Part shown: positions 18,848 to 30,045 of the stretch, one piece after another
How the letters are laid out: every line of letters starts with the position of its first letter
Position numbering within the stretch: the first letter of the stretch is position 1
Source: Opitutales bacterium
GTDB taxonomy: Bacteria > Verrucomicrobiota > Verrucomicrobiia > Opitutales > JAFGAQ01
Direction: 5' to 3'
Length of the DNA stretch: 64,000 bases
Assembly (NCBI GenBank): GCA_022361075.1
Contig: JAKSBQ010000357.1
Location: forward strand, 1,472 to 65,471
Translations under genes and position numbers: made by a program
The notes under the pieces: model-generated
Told to the model about the DNA's origin: nothing
The model's database searches: none
What the model saw: only the letters and a program-made list of their open reading frames with translations

Positions 18848-20686
18848 TTAACCCTCTACAGGAGTTGTTACCGAGACTTCAGGCATCAGTATCGCATACT
18901 GCGTTGCTTCTGTAGCAGAAACCACCAAGTGATAGGCTCCGGAGGAAGCTGCGAGCGTGAGAGTAATTTGGGTGTCCTCAATGATTTCTCCGACTTGCTG
19001 AAAGTTCTGATCAAGTATCAACACTTTAACAGGAAAAACGGTGCTTGATACGATGCTAATCTCCTTCGGTGAAAGGGGATCACCATTCACTCTATAATAA
19101 TCCCAATCTCCCAAACCAGAAATAGTCAGCTCAAGTAGATCGCTTCCATCATTAAGCCTGATAGCGTCAGAAAATTGGTCGTTTGCATCCAGGGTCGCCA
19201 CTTGCACCCAATCCAAAGGCACGAAATTCGATGAAATTTGATAGGGCCCGAATTCTCCAGCGTTACTTGCTTGCACCTGGAGTTGCTGAACACCTGCATC
19301 GAGTGAAATTCCCAGCAAAGATTGAAGTTGTAGTCCGGGTGCGTCGTCGTTCTGAGCGAAGGGTAAGGTTTCCGAAACGTAGGAAAGTTTCGTGTCTAGC
19401 TCGGATTCGGTCCAAACGATGAAAAGTCCTTTCTGAGCTGTCGTCACACTGTAAGTATCGATTTCGCCGGAAATAGCGATACGATTATTGGCATTCACGG
19501 TGTTTAGGTCTAGAGCTCTTACGACAGCAGGCTGAAAACCATCATCTAAGTAGGTTTGAGGATCTTCAAGCCATTCGAGGCTGACACCATATTCCCCATC
19601 GATAGTCCCGGAGAACGGCACTGTTCTCACATAGTATTTTCCGGGCTGAAGCAGGAGGTTGAAATAATAGTTGAACGAATCTCCACTGTCTTCGTTTTGA
19701 GCAATCAGTTGACCAGTCGAATTGAACAGCATTCCGTTCACGTCCATGTTGCCGTAGGATTGCACTACATAGTTTCCAAGAGTTATTACTTCAAATTCGT
19801 GGTAGTCTGTATCAGAACCTGGTGCGATGCTGGAGAGGATTCCATAATTCATCGGTAGTGGAATCGCTCCTGCCCTCACGTTGTTGAAATCGATGGACTC
19901 ATTGGTCAACACGGAAGGGGTCCAAGGTTCTTCAAGCAGTGTTTCGATGAAAGCCAGGTGAGACTCAGTCAATCCCAGGACTTCGCACGAACCCAGAGCT
20001 TCGTCGTTATCCACGACCCATCCCTCAAGAACCCAGTTTTGCTGATCAAATCCAAAAACGGGTATCCCGTAGTTGTCTGAACCGATTTTGAGATTGCCGG
20101 TGTGGTATAGCTCGAGTTCCTCTGATATCTTTCCAAATACGCTGTAGACTGCTTCTCCAGAAGCGGTCGCCTGAAGGTTGTTTCTTAAAGGGTCTTCAGA
20201 AGAGAAATTTTCTGGTGCGTAACCCACGAGCAGGCGGTGTCCTGGAACACGAAGGTCGTGAGCAGCTATATTCGCATATGGACTAGCTCCAAGTGATTCT
20301 TCGAAAACAAGAATGAGCAAGTCTTGCTCTTTTACTGCTGCCGAATCGATACCGGCTTCGAGGGCATTGGACAGAAACTGCGGAAGCATGTGTGCCGAGG
20401 TTGCAGTGAATACTGTAATCCCGTCTGAACTCCATTGAAAGGAGGGTGTCTCGGTTTGAAGGTCCTCAAAAAATGCACGTGAACTGGTAACGACAAGCTT
20501 GTCTGCGATTCGTGTGCCTGTGGCTTTCGCACCCGATCCCGATGTTACTTGTCCGATCGCTGAGTAAGGAACCGATGATGTCGCTGCCGATGGCACAGAT
20601 TTCATTCCTGATCCGTACCCGACAGAACCTACCATGAACATTAAGCCACAGATAATCGGACCTGTAATTCTCTTGAATGGAAGCAT
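18848..20686 (-). CDS. Secreted protein with three PPC-like (pre-peptidase C-terminal type) repeats
   Basis: N-terminal signal-like segment. Three ~85-aa units have a D-x-D-[YW]-[YH] opening and a G-x-Y...V ending, for example DTDYHEFEV...GKYYVRTVPF...GEYGVSL, GEIDTYSV..., GDWDYYRV...GAYHLVV. Confidence 0.7.
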   Translation of the reverse strand: MLPFKRITGPIICGLMFMVGSVGYGSGMKSVPSAATSSVPYSAIGQVTSGSGAKATGTRIADKLVVTSSRAFFEDLQTETPSFQWSSDGITVFTATSAHMLPQFLSNALEAGIDSAAVKEQDLLILVFEESLGASPYANIAAHDLRVPGHRLLVGYAPENFSSEDPLRNNLQATASGEAVYSVFGKISEELELYHTGNLKIGSDNYGIPVFGFDQQNWVLEGWVVDNDEALGSCEVLGLTESHLAFIETLLEEPWTPSVLTNESIDFNNVRAGAIPLPMNYGILSSIAPGSDTDYHEFEVITLGNYVVQSYGNMDVNGMLFNSTGQLIAQNEDSGDSFNYYFNLLLQPGKYYVRTVPFSGTIDGEYGVSLEWLEDPQTYLDDGFQPAVVRALDLNTVNANNRIAISGEIDTYSVTTAQKGLFIVWTESELDTKLSYVSETLPFAQNDDAPGLQLQSLLGISLDAGVQQLQVQASNAGEFGPYQISSNFVPLDWVQVATLDANDQFSDAIRLNDGSDLLELTISGLGDWDYYRVNGDPLSPKEISIVSSTVFPVKVLILDQNFQQVGEIIEDTQITLTLAASSGAYHLVVSATEATQYAILMPEVSVTTPVEG

Positions 20687-20953
20687 ACTGTTGCGCTCTT
20701 TAGCGGATCGAACGGACTAATTGATTCTATTTATCGACAATGTATTGGATTTTGGAAAGCAAATTATGTTCAAAACTCCTGAAAATAAGCGAGATAGAGA
20801 GTTTTTATTACTAATTTGTATCGGTTTTGTCATTTAACGTCCCGCTCAAGTGACTTATTGCACTTTTCTTTTGTTTTAGTCATTTGGGGATTGGCAAGGT
20901 CACGACATTGAACTAAACCCCCTTTTTTGGGATTAAAATCCCTAATTTCTTAA

Positions 20954-22246
<1,293 letters not shown>

Positions 22247-22271
22247 TCAGACAGTTCATCAACCATTTTAA

Positions 22272-22301
22272 AAAGACGGATCTTCGGCCCCGTCTTTTTT
22301 T
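22272..22301 (+). terminator. Rho-independent terminator of eno
   Basis: AAGACGG-atcttcggcc-CCGTCTT followed by T7. Confidence 0.7.
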
Positions 22302-22372
22302 GGGGGCCAAAAAAATGAAGGGATGCACCCGATTCTTGAGTATTGGTGGAAAACACGATATTCCTAACTACT

Positions 22373-23275
22373 ATGAATCGCCGATCTTTTCTCAAAAATT
22401 CTGCTGCGGTGACTGCTCTCAGTTGCCTAGCTCCTTCCTTCCTGAAAGCCGCTGAAAAGTCTTCTTTCGAATGGAAACGTCTCGGCGACGACATTGGATA
22501 TTTTAAACTTTCGGGTGGAACTATGGGCTGGATGATTACTGCCGATGCGTTCGTAGTAATTGACAGTCAGTTTCCCAAAAATGCTACTCAGTTCTTGTCC
22601 AAAGCCAGGAAAGAAACGTCGCGAAAGATCGATTTTTTGATCAACACTCATCACCATGGAGACCACACAAAAGGGAACAAGATTCTGATACCGGAGTCTG
22701 TGAATTCTATTGCTCATGAGAAATGCGTCCTTTGGCAGCGCAAAGCATCTAAAAAACCCGAAGCGGAGGTAGTTGCTGCAGCCACATTTTCAGATGAGTG
22801 GAGACAGGATATCCCTGGAGAGAAAATGACGGCTAAATACTACGGTGAGGCGCATACTTCTGGTGATATCGTCATTCACTTCCAGAATCGAAATGTCGCT
22901 CACGTGGGAGATTTAGTTTTCAATCATCATCCACCTTACATTGATCGCGGGGCAGGAGCCAATATCTCGAAATGGATCCAGGTTTTGGAGAAATTACATA
23001 GCGAGTTCAATGATGAGACAGAGTTCATTTTTGGCCACGGGCTTCCGCACGTAGGAGTGGCGGGAAAACGAGTCAGATTGCTCGAGATGCGGGATTTCCT
23101 GAGTGGCATTTTAGATTTCACTTCAAAGGAGATTAAGGCAGGTGCCAGTATCGACGAAGTGAAGCAAACACTCAAGGTCCCTGGATTTGAGGACTATTTT
23201 ATGGACAGTTGGTCCACTGCGATACCGAATGCATTAGCGGTTGCTTATCAGGAGCTTACAGAAGCAAACTCTTGA
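22373..23275 (+). CDS. MBL-fold metallo-hydrolase with Tat-type signal
   Basis: MNRRSFLKNSAAVTALSCLAPSFLKA is a twin-arginine-like leader. The HHHGDH metal motif is present. Confidence 0.85.
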   Translation: MNRRSFLKNSAAVTALSCLAPSFLKAAEKSSFEWKRLGDDIGYFKLSGGTMGWMITADAFVVIDSQFPKNATQFLSKARKETSRKIDFLINTHHHGDHTKGNKILIPESVNSIAHEKCVLWQRKASKKPEAEVVAAATFSDEWRQDIPGEKMTAKYYGEAHTSGDIVIHFQNRNVAHVGDLVFNHHPPYIDRGAGANISKWIQVLEKLHSEFNDETEFIFGHGLPHVGVAGKRVRLLEMRDFLSGILDFTSKEIKAGASIDEVKQTLKVPGFEDYFMDSWSTAIPNALAVAYQELTEANS

Positions 23276-24171
23276 TTCTTTTTTCCTCTTAGAAGCAGTT
23301 GTAAGTGCTCAATTGCGGTATGGATATAGTCGAAATCCGGCCGCTCTATTGCTGTTTCGATCGGGGTGACTGAACGACTTCGGATGCTTTTTTCTTCCCA
23401 ACTGCGGTTGAGTTTGCGAACTTCGATAGGAAACAACAACCAGTTCGTTACTGACTCTGTTTCGTAAGGGATCATTATTGGGTTGCCCCATACCTGACCC
23501 TCAGCTCCCGCTTCTTCGATTGCTTCCATGCGAGCGACCTCAGGTGCGCTCATATTTTCCTCAGATTGACCTTTTGGAAAAATAACTCGTTGCTTGTTTT
23601 TTGAGGTGATGGTGACGACATTCCATTTTCCTTTTTTGCGCAGCGCGAGGATCGACCCCACTACGTATTTGTCCTTTTCTTCTTCGATTTTGAAAGGAAT
23701 TTCGTCTGGTTTGATGGGCGATGTGGCGAGTTCGCGGTTTTTGAAACGAGGATCGTAAGTGACCTCTGGTCCCATCCACGCGGGCACCTCAAATTCCGCT
23801 GCAGCTTGTTGATCTTTGAACTCAATTTCCACCATTTTCAAGCCATTCAAATTCCCTTGAAATATATCGAATTCCATGAGATGCCCTTGGTAATCGAGAC
23901 TGGCCCTAGTCTTTTCGATTCGAGCTCCCTCCGTTAGCTTCCAAAGATTTAGGAACTGTTTGCGATTGAGAATGATCTCCGTCTCTTCACGGCTGAGTCC
24001 GGAACCTTTTTTGATCGTTTGAAAGTATCGTTTTCCTTTTTTACGAATACGAATTTCCGAGTCCTCTCCGAGGTGCAAATAACCTTGAGAAATATCTGTG
24101 AAGCGGAGTGAGGTGGCGAACTCCGGAAGTTCAGGAAGCAGGAATTTTCGTTCGATCTCGGAAGTCATCAA
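23248..24171 (-). CDS. CYTH (triphosphate tunnel metalloenzyme) domain fused to a divergent Nudix-like domain
   Basis: The N-terminal EIERKFLL is the CYTH ExExK signature. The C-terminal FPKGQSEENMSAPEVARMEAIEEAGAEG aligns to the Nudix box and keeps E-x-x-E-E-x-G, but the G-x5-E glutamate and the Arg position diverge. Confidence 0.7.
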   Translation of the reverse strand: MMTSEIERKFLLPELPEFATSLRFTDISQGYLHLGEDSEIRIRKKGKRYFQTIKKGSGLSREETEIILNRKQFLNLWKLTEGARIEKTRASLDYQGHLMEFDIFQGNLNGLKMVEIEFKDQQAAAEFEVPAWMGPEVTYDPRFKNRELATSPIKPDEIPFKIEEEKDKYVVGSILALRKKGKWNVVTITSKNKQRVIFPKGQSEENMSAPEVARMEAIEEAGAEGQVWGNPIMIPYETESVTNWLLFPIEVRKLNRSWEEKSIRSRSVTPIETAIERPDFDYIHTAIEHLQLLLRGKKNQEFASVSS

Positions 24172-24181
24172 AGATAGGGAT

Positions 24182-25693
24182 CTAGCGGGTTAATTTTCTT
24201 AGAACTGCGTGAATTCGATCATTGTCAAATTCCTGAATTCGTTCAATCGAGAGATCTTTAAGTTGGCGATTTCGTGTATGGAGCACACCGTAAGTTACAC
24301 CTGCTGCAAATGCTTTCTTCTGAGCTGAGTTTTTCCCGTCTAGGATGGGTTTATACTTCTCTGCCAGTTCAGATTGCTGAACGGAGGTGTCATTGAAGTC
24401 GCCCAGAGTATTTTGAACTTTGCGCAGTCTTTTGAGCAAAATCTTGGAAGATTTTTCGTCAAAGAGTGGCTGGAAAAATTCGAGTAAGTAACGGATTTTC
24501 TTAAATCGAATTCTTAGATCGTGGACCGCATCGTCCTCCGAATGAATTTTGATCCGGCGAATTCTTTTGCGAATTTTTTTGTAAGTTTTATCCAGTGTTT
24601 CATGTGCAACTTCACCAATGGGTTGTACCGCTATTTCGTCCACAGGAAGTTGATAGGCGGTTTCGAAGTACCGTTGGATGCGCTCGATTTCTGCTAGGTA
24701 TTTTTCTGACTTTAGAAGTTCGCAAACTCGTTTGAACTCTTCGGTTTCGTGGTTGCAGATTTCTTGGTTCATCGACTGCACCTGGTCGTGAACAATCGCC
24801 GGAAGTGATCCGTTAAGACCTCCACTACCTAGCCCCTGAACATGAATATCCCGCAAGCGATTCGTTTGTTGTTGAATGCTCCTTAAAGACGTTTTGAGCC
24901 AAGTGGAGTCTTCCTCGGGAAAAACAAAACCGAGCAAACTGATGAGACTGCGTATCTTGCGAAGGAAAACGCGATATTGGTGGAGGCATTCGGTATCGAT
25001 GTTTTCGATTACTCCAGGTTCGTAGTAGCGAACAGAACGAAGGTAATTGAGGACGATGTCACAGACCGCTTTTCTTGCTGGAATTTGGGGGCTTGGTAGC
25101 AAGCTTTCCAACGGGATGGTTCGGTAGACGGGGAGGTTTTGTTTATCAAGCAAATGAAAGATCCAGGGTTCGTTGCAGTTCTTAAAACCGTCCTTGCCAA
25201 GACGGTCCATAAACTTGACGGCTTCTCCGGGTTTCCTTTCCTCTGTTGAGAAAAAAATCATCGAATTCCTTCCCCAAGATATCACTTTCAAGGTGGCCGA
25301 AGAGCGATAACCGGGTGTGTACAACAGAATCTCCCTGTCACTCGTAGTTCCTTCCCAGACTTTGACCAGTCGTTGCAGAGGGATGAGCTTTTTTAAACGC
25401 ATCTGGATGAGTGAATGATCGCAAGGACCAGAGAAATCGGTATTCAGCTCTTCGTCTGTGACTTCATAGCTTTCCGTCTCGTCAAATGCAGCGTTTAAGA
25501 GCTGGACTTGATCACCGCTTCGAAGAAGCATGAACCCTTTTCTGGCAAGAGCTTGGTCCATCGTATCCAGAAGTGTGACTTTACGCCGTGTCAATGTGCT
25601 TATATCCAGAATGAATTCCCTGGCCAGTTGCTTAAAATAGGTGAGCGTCGGTGAGGTTTGTTCAGGGATGAGAGTATGTGTGGTATTTGCCAT
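24182..25693 (-). CDS. CHAD domain protein with degenerate N-terminal CYTH-like region
   Basis: 503 aa. CHAD-type helices LHQYRVFLRKIRSLISLL and VHDLRIRFKKIRYLLEFF. The N-terminal LLDTMDQALARKGFMLLR resembles the CYTH core but lacks ExExK. Confidence 0.75.
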   Translation of the reverse strand: MANTTHTLIPEQTSPTLTYFKQLAREFILDISTLTRRKVTLLDTMDQALARKGFMLLRSGDQVQLLNAAFDETESYEVTDEELNTDFSGPCDHSLIQMRLKKLIPLQRLVKVWEGTTSDREILLYTPGYRSSATLKVISWGRNSMIFFSTEERKPGEAVKFMDRLGKDGFKNCNEPWIFHLLDKQNLPVYRTIPLESLLPSPQIPARKAVCDIVLNYLRSVRYYEPGVIENIDTECLHQYRVFLRKIRSLISLLGFVFPEEDSTWLKTSLRSIQQQTNRLRDIHVQGLGSGGLNGSLPAIVHDQVQSMNQEICNHETEEFKRVCELLKSEKYLAEIERIQRYFETAYQLPVDEIAVQPIGEVAHETLDKTYKKIRKRIRRIKIHSEDDAVHDLRIRFKKIRYLLEFFQPLFDEKSSKILLKRLRKVQNTLGDFNDTSVQQSELAEKYKPILDGKNSAQKKAFAAGVTYGVLHTRNRQLKDLSIERIQEFDNDRIHAVLRKLTR

Positions 25694-25696
25694 CGA

Positions 25697-25864
25697 TTAG
25701 AGTTTTTTCTTCTTTCTTAGGTATTCGTAGATGAGTTCTTCGATGATTTTTTGGACACTAGTGTCTTCCTCGATTGCGATCACTTTGAGTGTTTTGAGGA
25801 CCTTCTTTTCTAATCTCAACGAAGTGTTTTTTCTGCTATCGGTGTCTTCCTTTTTCTTACCCAT
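25697..25864 (-). CDS. Small ribbon-helix-helix (CopG/ParG-like) protein
   Basis: Internal Met43 start (MGKKKEDTDSRKNTSLRLEKKVLKTLKVIAIEEDTSVQKIIEELIYEYL...), since the longer ORF overlaps NIF3. It ends 4 nt before the CHAD gene start. Confidence 0.5.
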   Translation of the reverse strand: MGKKKEDTDSRKNTSLRLEKKVLKTLKVIAIEEDTSVQKIIEELIYEYLRKKKKL

Positions 25865-25952
25865 GGCTTCATTACGTAATGACGTCATGATGAAATGAAA
25901 GTATTGTTTGTCAAGATCGGAATCTAAAAACCAGTAAAATAAGGAGTTTGAA

Positions 25953-26705
25953 TTACAGTGGACAATCAGTGGAGACGAACTCCAGATCAATTCCGAATTC
26001 TTTGGAGACTTTTTCCCCTAATGCTTGAACCGCAAAGACTTCGGTTGCGTAGTGTCCGCCGAGATAGAGGTTAATGCCGAGTTCTTGAGACTGGGCGAAG
26101 TGATGTTGCGAGCATTCTCCGGTAATGAGCGTATCAATTCCGTAGGTTGCGAGTTCGGGTAGCATACTTGCTCCACTTCCGGTCATGATTCCCACACGTT
26201 GAACCGATTGGGAACCATGTTCCATGGCTATTAACTTGGGAAACTGAGCCAGGAGTTTGGATTTCAGGTCATCTCTTGGCAGATCTACATCACAATACCA
26301 ACCGATGGATTTGCCTTCGTGTTCACCGAACTGACCAGATGGTGCGAGTCCAATCGCTTTTGCGAGCAAGACGTTGTTTCCGATCTCGGCATGGGCGTCC
26401 AGAGGAAGGTGGCTCCCGTAGACGGCTAAGTTATGATCGAGCGCCAGCTTCATTTTACGATAGTTCAATCCGGTTAGCGGGACTATGGCACCCCAAAAAG
26501 GACCGTGATGGCAGATTAAGAAATCGATTCCCTTTTCGATTGCTTTCTCAAAGCATTCCAGACTCGCATCCACACTCGCTCCGATTTTCTGGACGGTGCC
26601 ATTATTCTCGATCTGCAAACCATTGTAGGCTCCTTTGTAGTCCTTGAACTCAGCGTTGCAGGTGATGGTTTCGCAGAATTGAACAATTTTGGAAAGGGTG
26701 GCCAT
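25953..26705 (-). CDS. Nif3-like dinuclear metal centre protein
   Basis: 250 aa. IDFLICHHGPFW and the C-terminal GGHYATE motifs are typical of the NIF3/YbgI family. Confidence 0.88.
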   Translation of the reverse strand: MATLSKIVQFCETITCNAEFKDYKGAYNGLQIENNGTVQKIGASVDASLECFEKAIEKGIDFLICHHGPFWGAIVPLTGLNYRKMKLALDHNLAVYGSHLPLDAHAEIGNNVLLAKAIGLAPSGQFGEHEGKSIGWYCDVDLPRDDLKSKLLAQFPKLIAMEHGSQSVQRVGIMTGSGASMLPELATYGIDTLITGECSQHHFAQSQELGINLYLGGHYATEVFAVQALGEKVSKEFGIDLEFVSTDCPL

Positions 26706-26831
26706 GAATAATAAGCTTAGGTTGCTTCGATGAAATTACAAAAGAAATGATAAGGCAGAGGAATATGTCCTTTGCCGAATAAATTAACTTTTGCTTGTTG
26801 AGACCATTGGTTTTTAGAGTCGTTTAAATCT

Positions 26832-28889
26832 ATGCCGCGTCATCTTTATCCTGAACACACCAAGCCGTTCGAACTTGCTGCTGACTATAAGCCAATGGGA
26901 GATCAGCCCGAGGCGATCGAGAAACTGGTGCGGTCGATAAACGCAGGTAATAAGTATCAAACTCTGCTTGGAGTAACGGGTTCAGGTAAGACTTTCACGA
27001 TGGCGAACATCATTCAGGAGGTTCAGCGACCGACCCTAGTGATCTCGCACAATAAGACTTTGGCTGCACAGTTGTATTCGGAGTTCAAGACCTTCTTTCC
27101 GAATAACGCAGTTGAGTATTTTGTCAGTTATTACGACTACTACCAACCTGAGGCCTATGTGCCCCAGACAGACACCTACATCGAGAAAGATTCCTCGATC
27201 AATGACGAGATTGAACGACTTCGGATTGCGGCCAGTAGCTCCCTGATCAGCCGTCGTGATGTGATTGTAGTGGCGAGCGTATCGTGCATCTACGGTTTGG
27301 GTTCACCGGAAGATTTTGAGGACATGATGATCCCGGTTGAAGTTGGTCAGGAGTTGGGAAGAGATCAGTTTTTAGAAAATCTTGTCGAGATCCTTTACGA
27401 ACGAAATGACATCGATTTCAAACGCGGAGCATTTCGCGTACGAGGAGAGGTTGTGGATGTGTTTCCAGCTTACATGGAATCTGCGGTGCGCATCGAGTTT
27501 TGGGGAGATGAAATTGAGGCCATACGAGACCTAGATCCTCTGACGGGAGAACTTGGGAAGTCGCATGATCGATTTTTTCTTTATCCGGCAAACCAGTTCA
27601 TCACTCCACGCCACAAGGTTAATCAGGCGATCAAATTGATTCGGGATGAGTTGGAGGAACGTGTGGCTTACTTCGAAAAAGAGAAGCTTTACATCGAAGC
27701 GCAGCGTATTCGCATGCGCACGGAATACGACATCGAGATGCTGCAAGAGATCGGATTTTGTAACGGTATCGAAAATTACTCACGACACCTGAGCTTGCGC
27801 AAAGAAGGCCAACGTCCTTGGTGTTTGGTCGATTTCTTCCCTAAGGACTTCATGTTGTTTGTGGACGAGAGTCACGTCACCCTCCCTCAGTTTGGTGCAA
27901 TGTACGTCGGTGACCGCTCGCGAAAGGAGAAACTCGTGCGCTACGGATTCCGTCTCCCAAGTGCGCTGGATAATCGTCCACTCACGGCCGAGGAGTTTGA
28001 GGAGATGAGGGGTCAAACGTTGCTCATTTCGGCCACGCCATCGGTAAAGGACATCGAAATGTCCGAAGTGGTTGCCGAACAGATCATTCGCCCAACGGGG
28101 CTGCTTGATCCGACCATTGACCTTCGTCCAACCGAGGGACAGGTGGAAAATCTGATTGGCGAAGTACAAGAAGCAGTGGAGAAAAATGAGCGCGTACTTG
28201 TTACGACACTGACCAAGCGCATGTCGGAGGACCTTACTGCCTATTTGCGTGAGGCGGGAGTTCGGGTCGAGTACCTGCACTCCGATATAGATGCGATCGA
28301 ACGAGTGGAGATACTCCGAAACCTGCGAGGTGGGCGTTTCGACGTATTGGTTGGAGTGAATCTCCTTCGTGAGGGCCTCGATTTGCCTGAGGTCGCACTT
28401 GTAGCCATCATGGACGCTGATAAAGAGGGGTTTTTAAGGAATACCACAAGTCTTATCCAGACAGCTGGGCGAGCGGCAAGGCACGAGAAAGGCCGGGTGA
28501 TTTTCTACGCCGACCGCATGAACAAATCGCTAACGGCGACCATTGAAATAACAAAAGAAAGACGTTCCAAACAGATTGCATTTAACGAGACTCACGGCGT
28601 CACGCCAACGAGTGTGAAACGTTCCGATCAGGCGAGCCTTTCTCAGGGAGATGAAGATGAGGCTGAAAACCTGGCAGTTGCAGAGTTGAGCGGTGAAGAT
28701 GAGGTTAAAAAAGTCATCGCAGAGCTCGAAAATGAGATGATCGAGGCCGCAAATTCGTTGGAGTTTGAACGGGCCGCGATCCTGCGGGATCAGATCGATG
28801 CACTAAAGGAAGGTCGGTCGATTGTAGAGGCCAGTAGTGGGTCAAAACGAAGGAAAAAGGGCTACTCAAAAAGACGGAAAAAAAGGTAG
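26832..28889 (+). CDS. uvrB: Excinuclease ABC subunit B
   Basis: GVTGSGKTFTMA Walker A, VSYYDYYQPEAY beta-hairpin region, C-terminal UVR motif (LEFERAAILRDQI). 685 aa. Confidence 0.97.
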   Translation: MPRHLYPEHTKPFELAADYKPMGDQPEAIEKLVRSINAGNKYQTLLGVTGSGKTFTMANIIQEVQRPTLVISHNKTLAAQLYSEFKTFFPNNAVEYFVSYYDYYQPEAYVPQTDTYIEKDSSINDEIERLRIAASSSLISRRDVIVVASVSCIYGLGSPEDFEDMMIPVEVGQELGRDQFLENLVEILYERNDIDFKRGAFRVRGEVVDVFPAYMESAVRIEFWGDEIEAIRDLDPLTGELGKSHDRFFLYPANQFITPRHKVNQAIKLIRDELEERVAYFEKEKLYIEAQRIRMRTEYDIEMLQEIGFCNGIENYSRHLSLRKEGQRPWCLVDFFPKDFMLFVDESHVTLPQFGAMYVGDRSRKEKLVRYGFRLPSALDNRPLTAEEFEEMRGQTLLISATPSVKDIEMSEVVAEQIIRPTGLLDPTIDLRPTEGQVENLIGEVQEAVEKNERVLVTTLTKRMSEDLTAYLREAGVRVEYLHSDIDAIERVEILRNLRGGRFDVLVGVNLLREGLDLPEVALVAIMDADKEGFLRNTTSLIQTAGRAARHEKGRVIFYADRMNKSLTATIEITKERRSKQIAFNETHGVTPTSVKRSDQASLSQGDEDEAENLAVAELSGEDEVKKVIAELENEMIEAANSLEFERAAILRDQIDALKEGRSIVEASSGSKRRKKGYSKRRKKR

Positions 28890-28969
28890 GTTACGGTTTC
28901 CTTTTCGTTTTAAACAAATCCCTAAAGGCTCCTGATCAAGTGACGATCTTTAATAGGCATATCCTGATC

Positions 28970-29482
28970 ATGAGAAGAGTGTCTATGAGAATTTCCCATT
29001 TGGGAAAATTCGGAGCTTTTTGTCTACTGCTGTGGGCGGTCTTCTCGGGTGCATCTGCAAAAGAAGATCCTCTTTCTGGTATCTGGAGTCTGAGTGTCGA
29101 GGAACTCCTAAACGCTCCTGTAATCACTTTCAGCAAATCTGATGACATCGCGAGGTTTTTTGAGGGCTTGTCTGAGACACGTGATCCGGTGCATGGTACC
29201 TTTTTGAAAATGAGTTACGCATTGCGAAGTGGTTGGTTTGTATTTGCAGGATTGAGATATGTATCTAAAACATTTAGTGATTACCGCACTGTTTCCCTAT
29301 ACTTACATTTGGACTTCAACGTGACCTACGAATTAACTGAAGATCTTTTGCTCAGTTTTGCGGGCGAAAGTGTCACGGATCATCAATTTCCAGAATATAA
29401 CATTGGGGGTGATGTGGCTACCGTTGTTTCTGAAGTGGAGAGGCAGATATCCCTGCAAGGATGTTGGAGGTTTCAGGTTTGA
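28970..29482 (+). CDS. Small secreted hypothetical protein
   Basis: Signal peptide (FGAFCLLLWAVFSGASA). 'EELLNAPVITFSKSDD' resembles the N-terminal plug segment of TonB-dependent receptors. Overlaps the start of the next gene. Confidence 0.45.
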   Translation: MRRVSMRISHLGKFGAFCLLLWAVFSGASAKEDPLSGIWSLSVEELLNAPVITFSKSDDIARFFEGLSETRDPVHGTFLKMSYALRSGWFVFAGLRYVSKTFSDYRTVSLYLHLDFNVTYELTEDLLLSFAGESVTDHQFPEYNIGGDVATVVSEVERQISLQGCWRFQV

Positions 29483-30045
29483 AGATCAACGGATTACAGA
29501 TTCTGAAAAGAAACTTAGCAGTTTTCTGTGGAGTGGTTTTTGATTTTATGTTGTCGGGAGGTCTTTTGTGCGCTCAAGAATCTTTAGCCCAGAGAGAAAA
29601 TGCGATTAAAGCCGGATTCCTGGTGGGTATGCAGGAGTTTGTAACGTGGGAATTGACTCATGATTCAGAGAAAAACGTTACTTATGCAACGATTGGGGAT
29701 GCCAGTTTTGGTGAGATTATCGAGCGAGCGGTTGCAGCTAAAAAGAGGAACCTCGAAGATTTCCAAGTTGCCGAATTCACAACTGTTGAAGATATCACGT
29801 TCGTGAACTTTCTTTTCGTTCGGGATTATCCGGAAGAGGAAATTGGTGAGTTGGTCAGTCGTTGCACCGAACTGGGAATTCTCACGGTCAGTGACCAAGA
29901 AGGATTTGTGGCAAATGGCGGAATTGTAGAGTTTTTCCGATCAAACAATAGAGTTCGAATAAGGATTAATGTAGGTGCCGCTGAACGAGCGAATATCAAG
30001 ATAAGCTCGAAACTATTGAGACTTGCGGAGCGTGTGAAGCGATGA
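29461..30045 (+). CDS. YfiR-like periplasmic protein (DUF4154)
   Basis: AIKAGFLVGMQEFVTWE and the C-terminal 'RIRINVGAAERANIKISSKLLRLA' match the DUF4154 pattern. There is a 4-nt overlap with the kinase gene. Confidence 0.65.
   Translation: MLEVSGLKINGLQILKRNLAVFCGVVFDFMLSGGLLCAQESLAQRENAIKAGFLVGMQEFVTWELTHDSEKNVTYATIGDASFGEIIERAVAAKKRNLEDFQVAEFTTVEDITFVNFLFVRDYPEEEIGELVSRCTELGILTVSDQEGFVANGGIVEFFRSNNRVRIRINVGAAERANIKISSKLLRLAERVKR

Noticed and set aside
27780-28280. 166-aa minus-strand ORF
   Set aside because: It is antisense to uvrB, so it is a shadow ORF.
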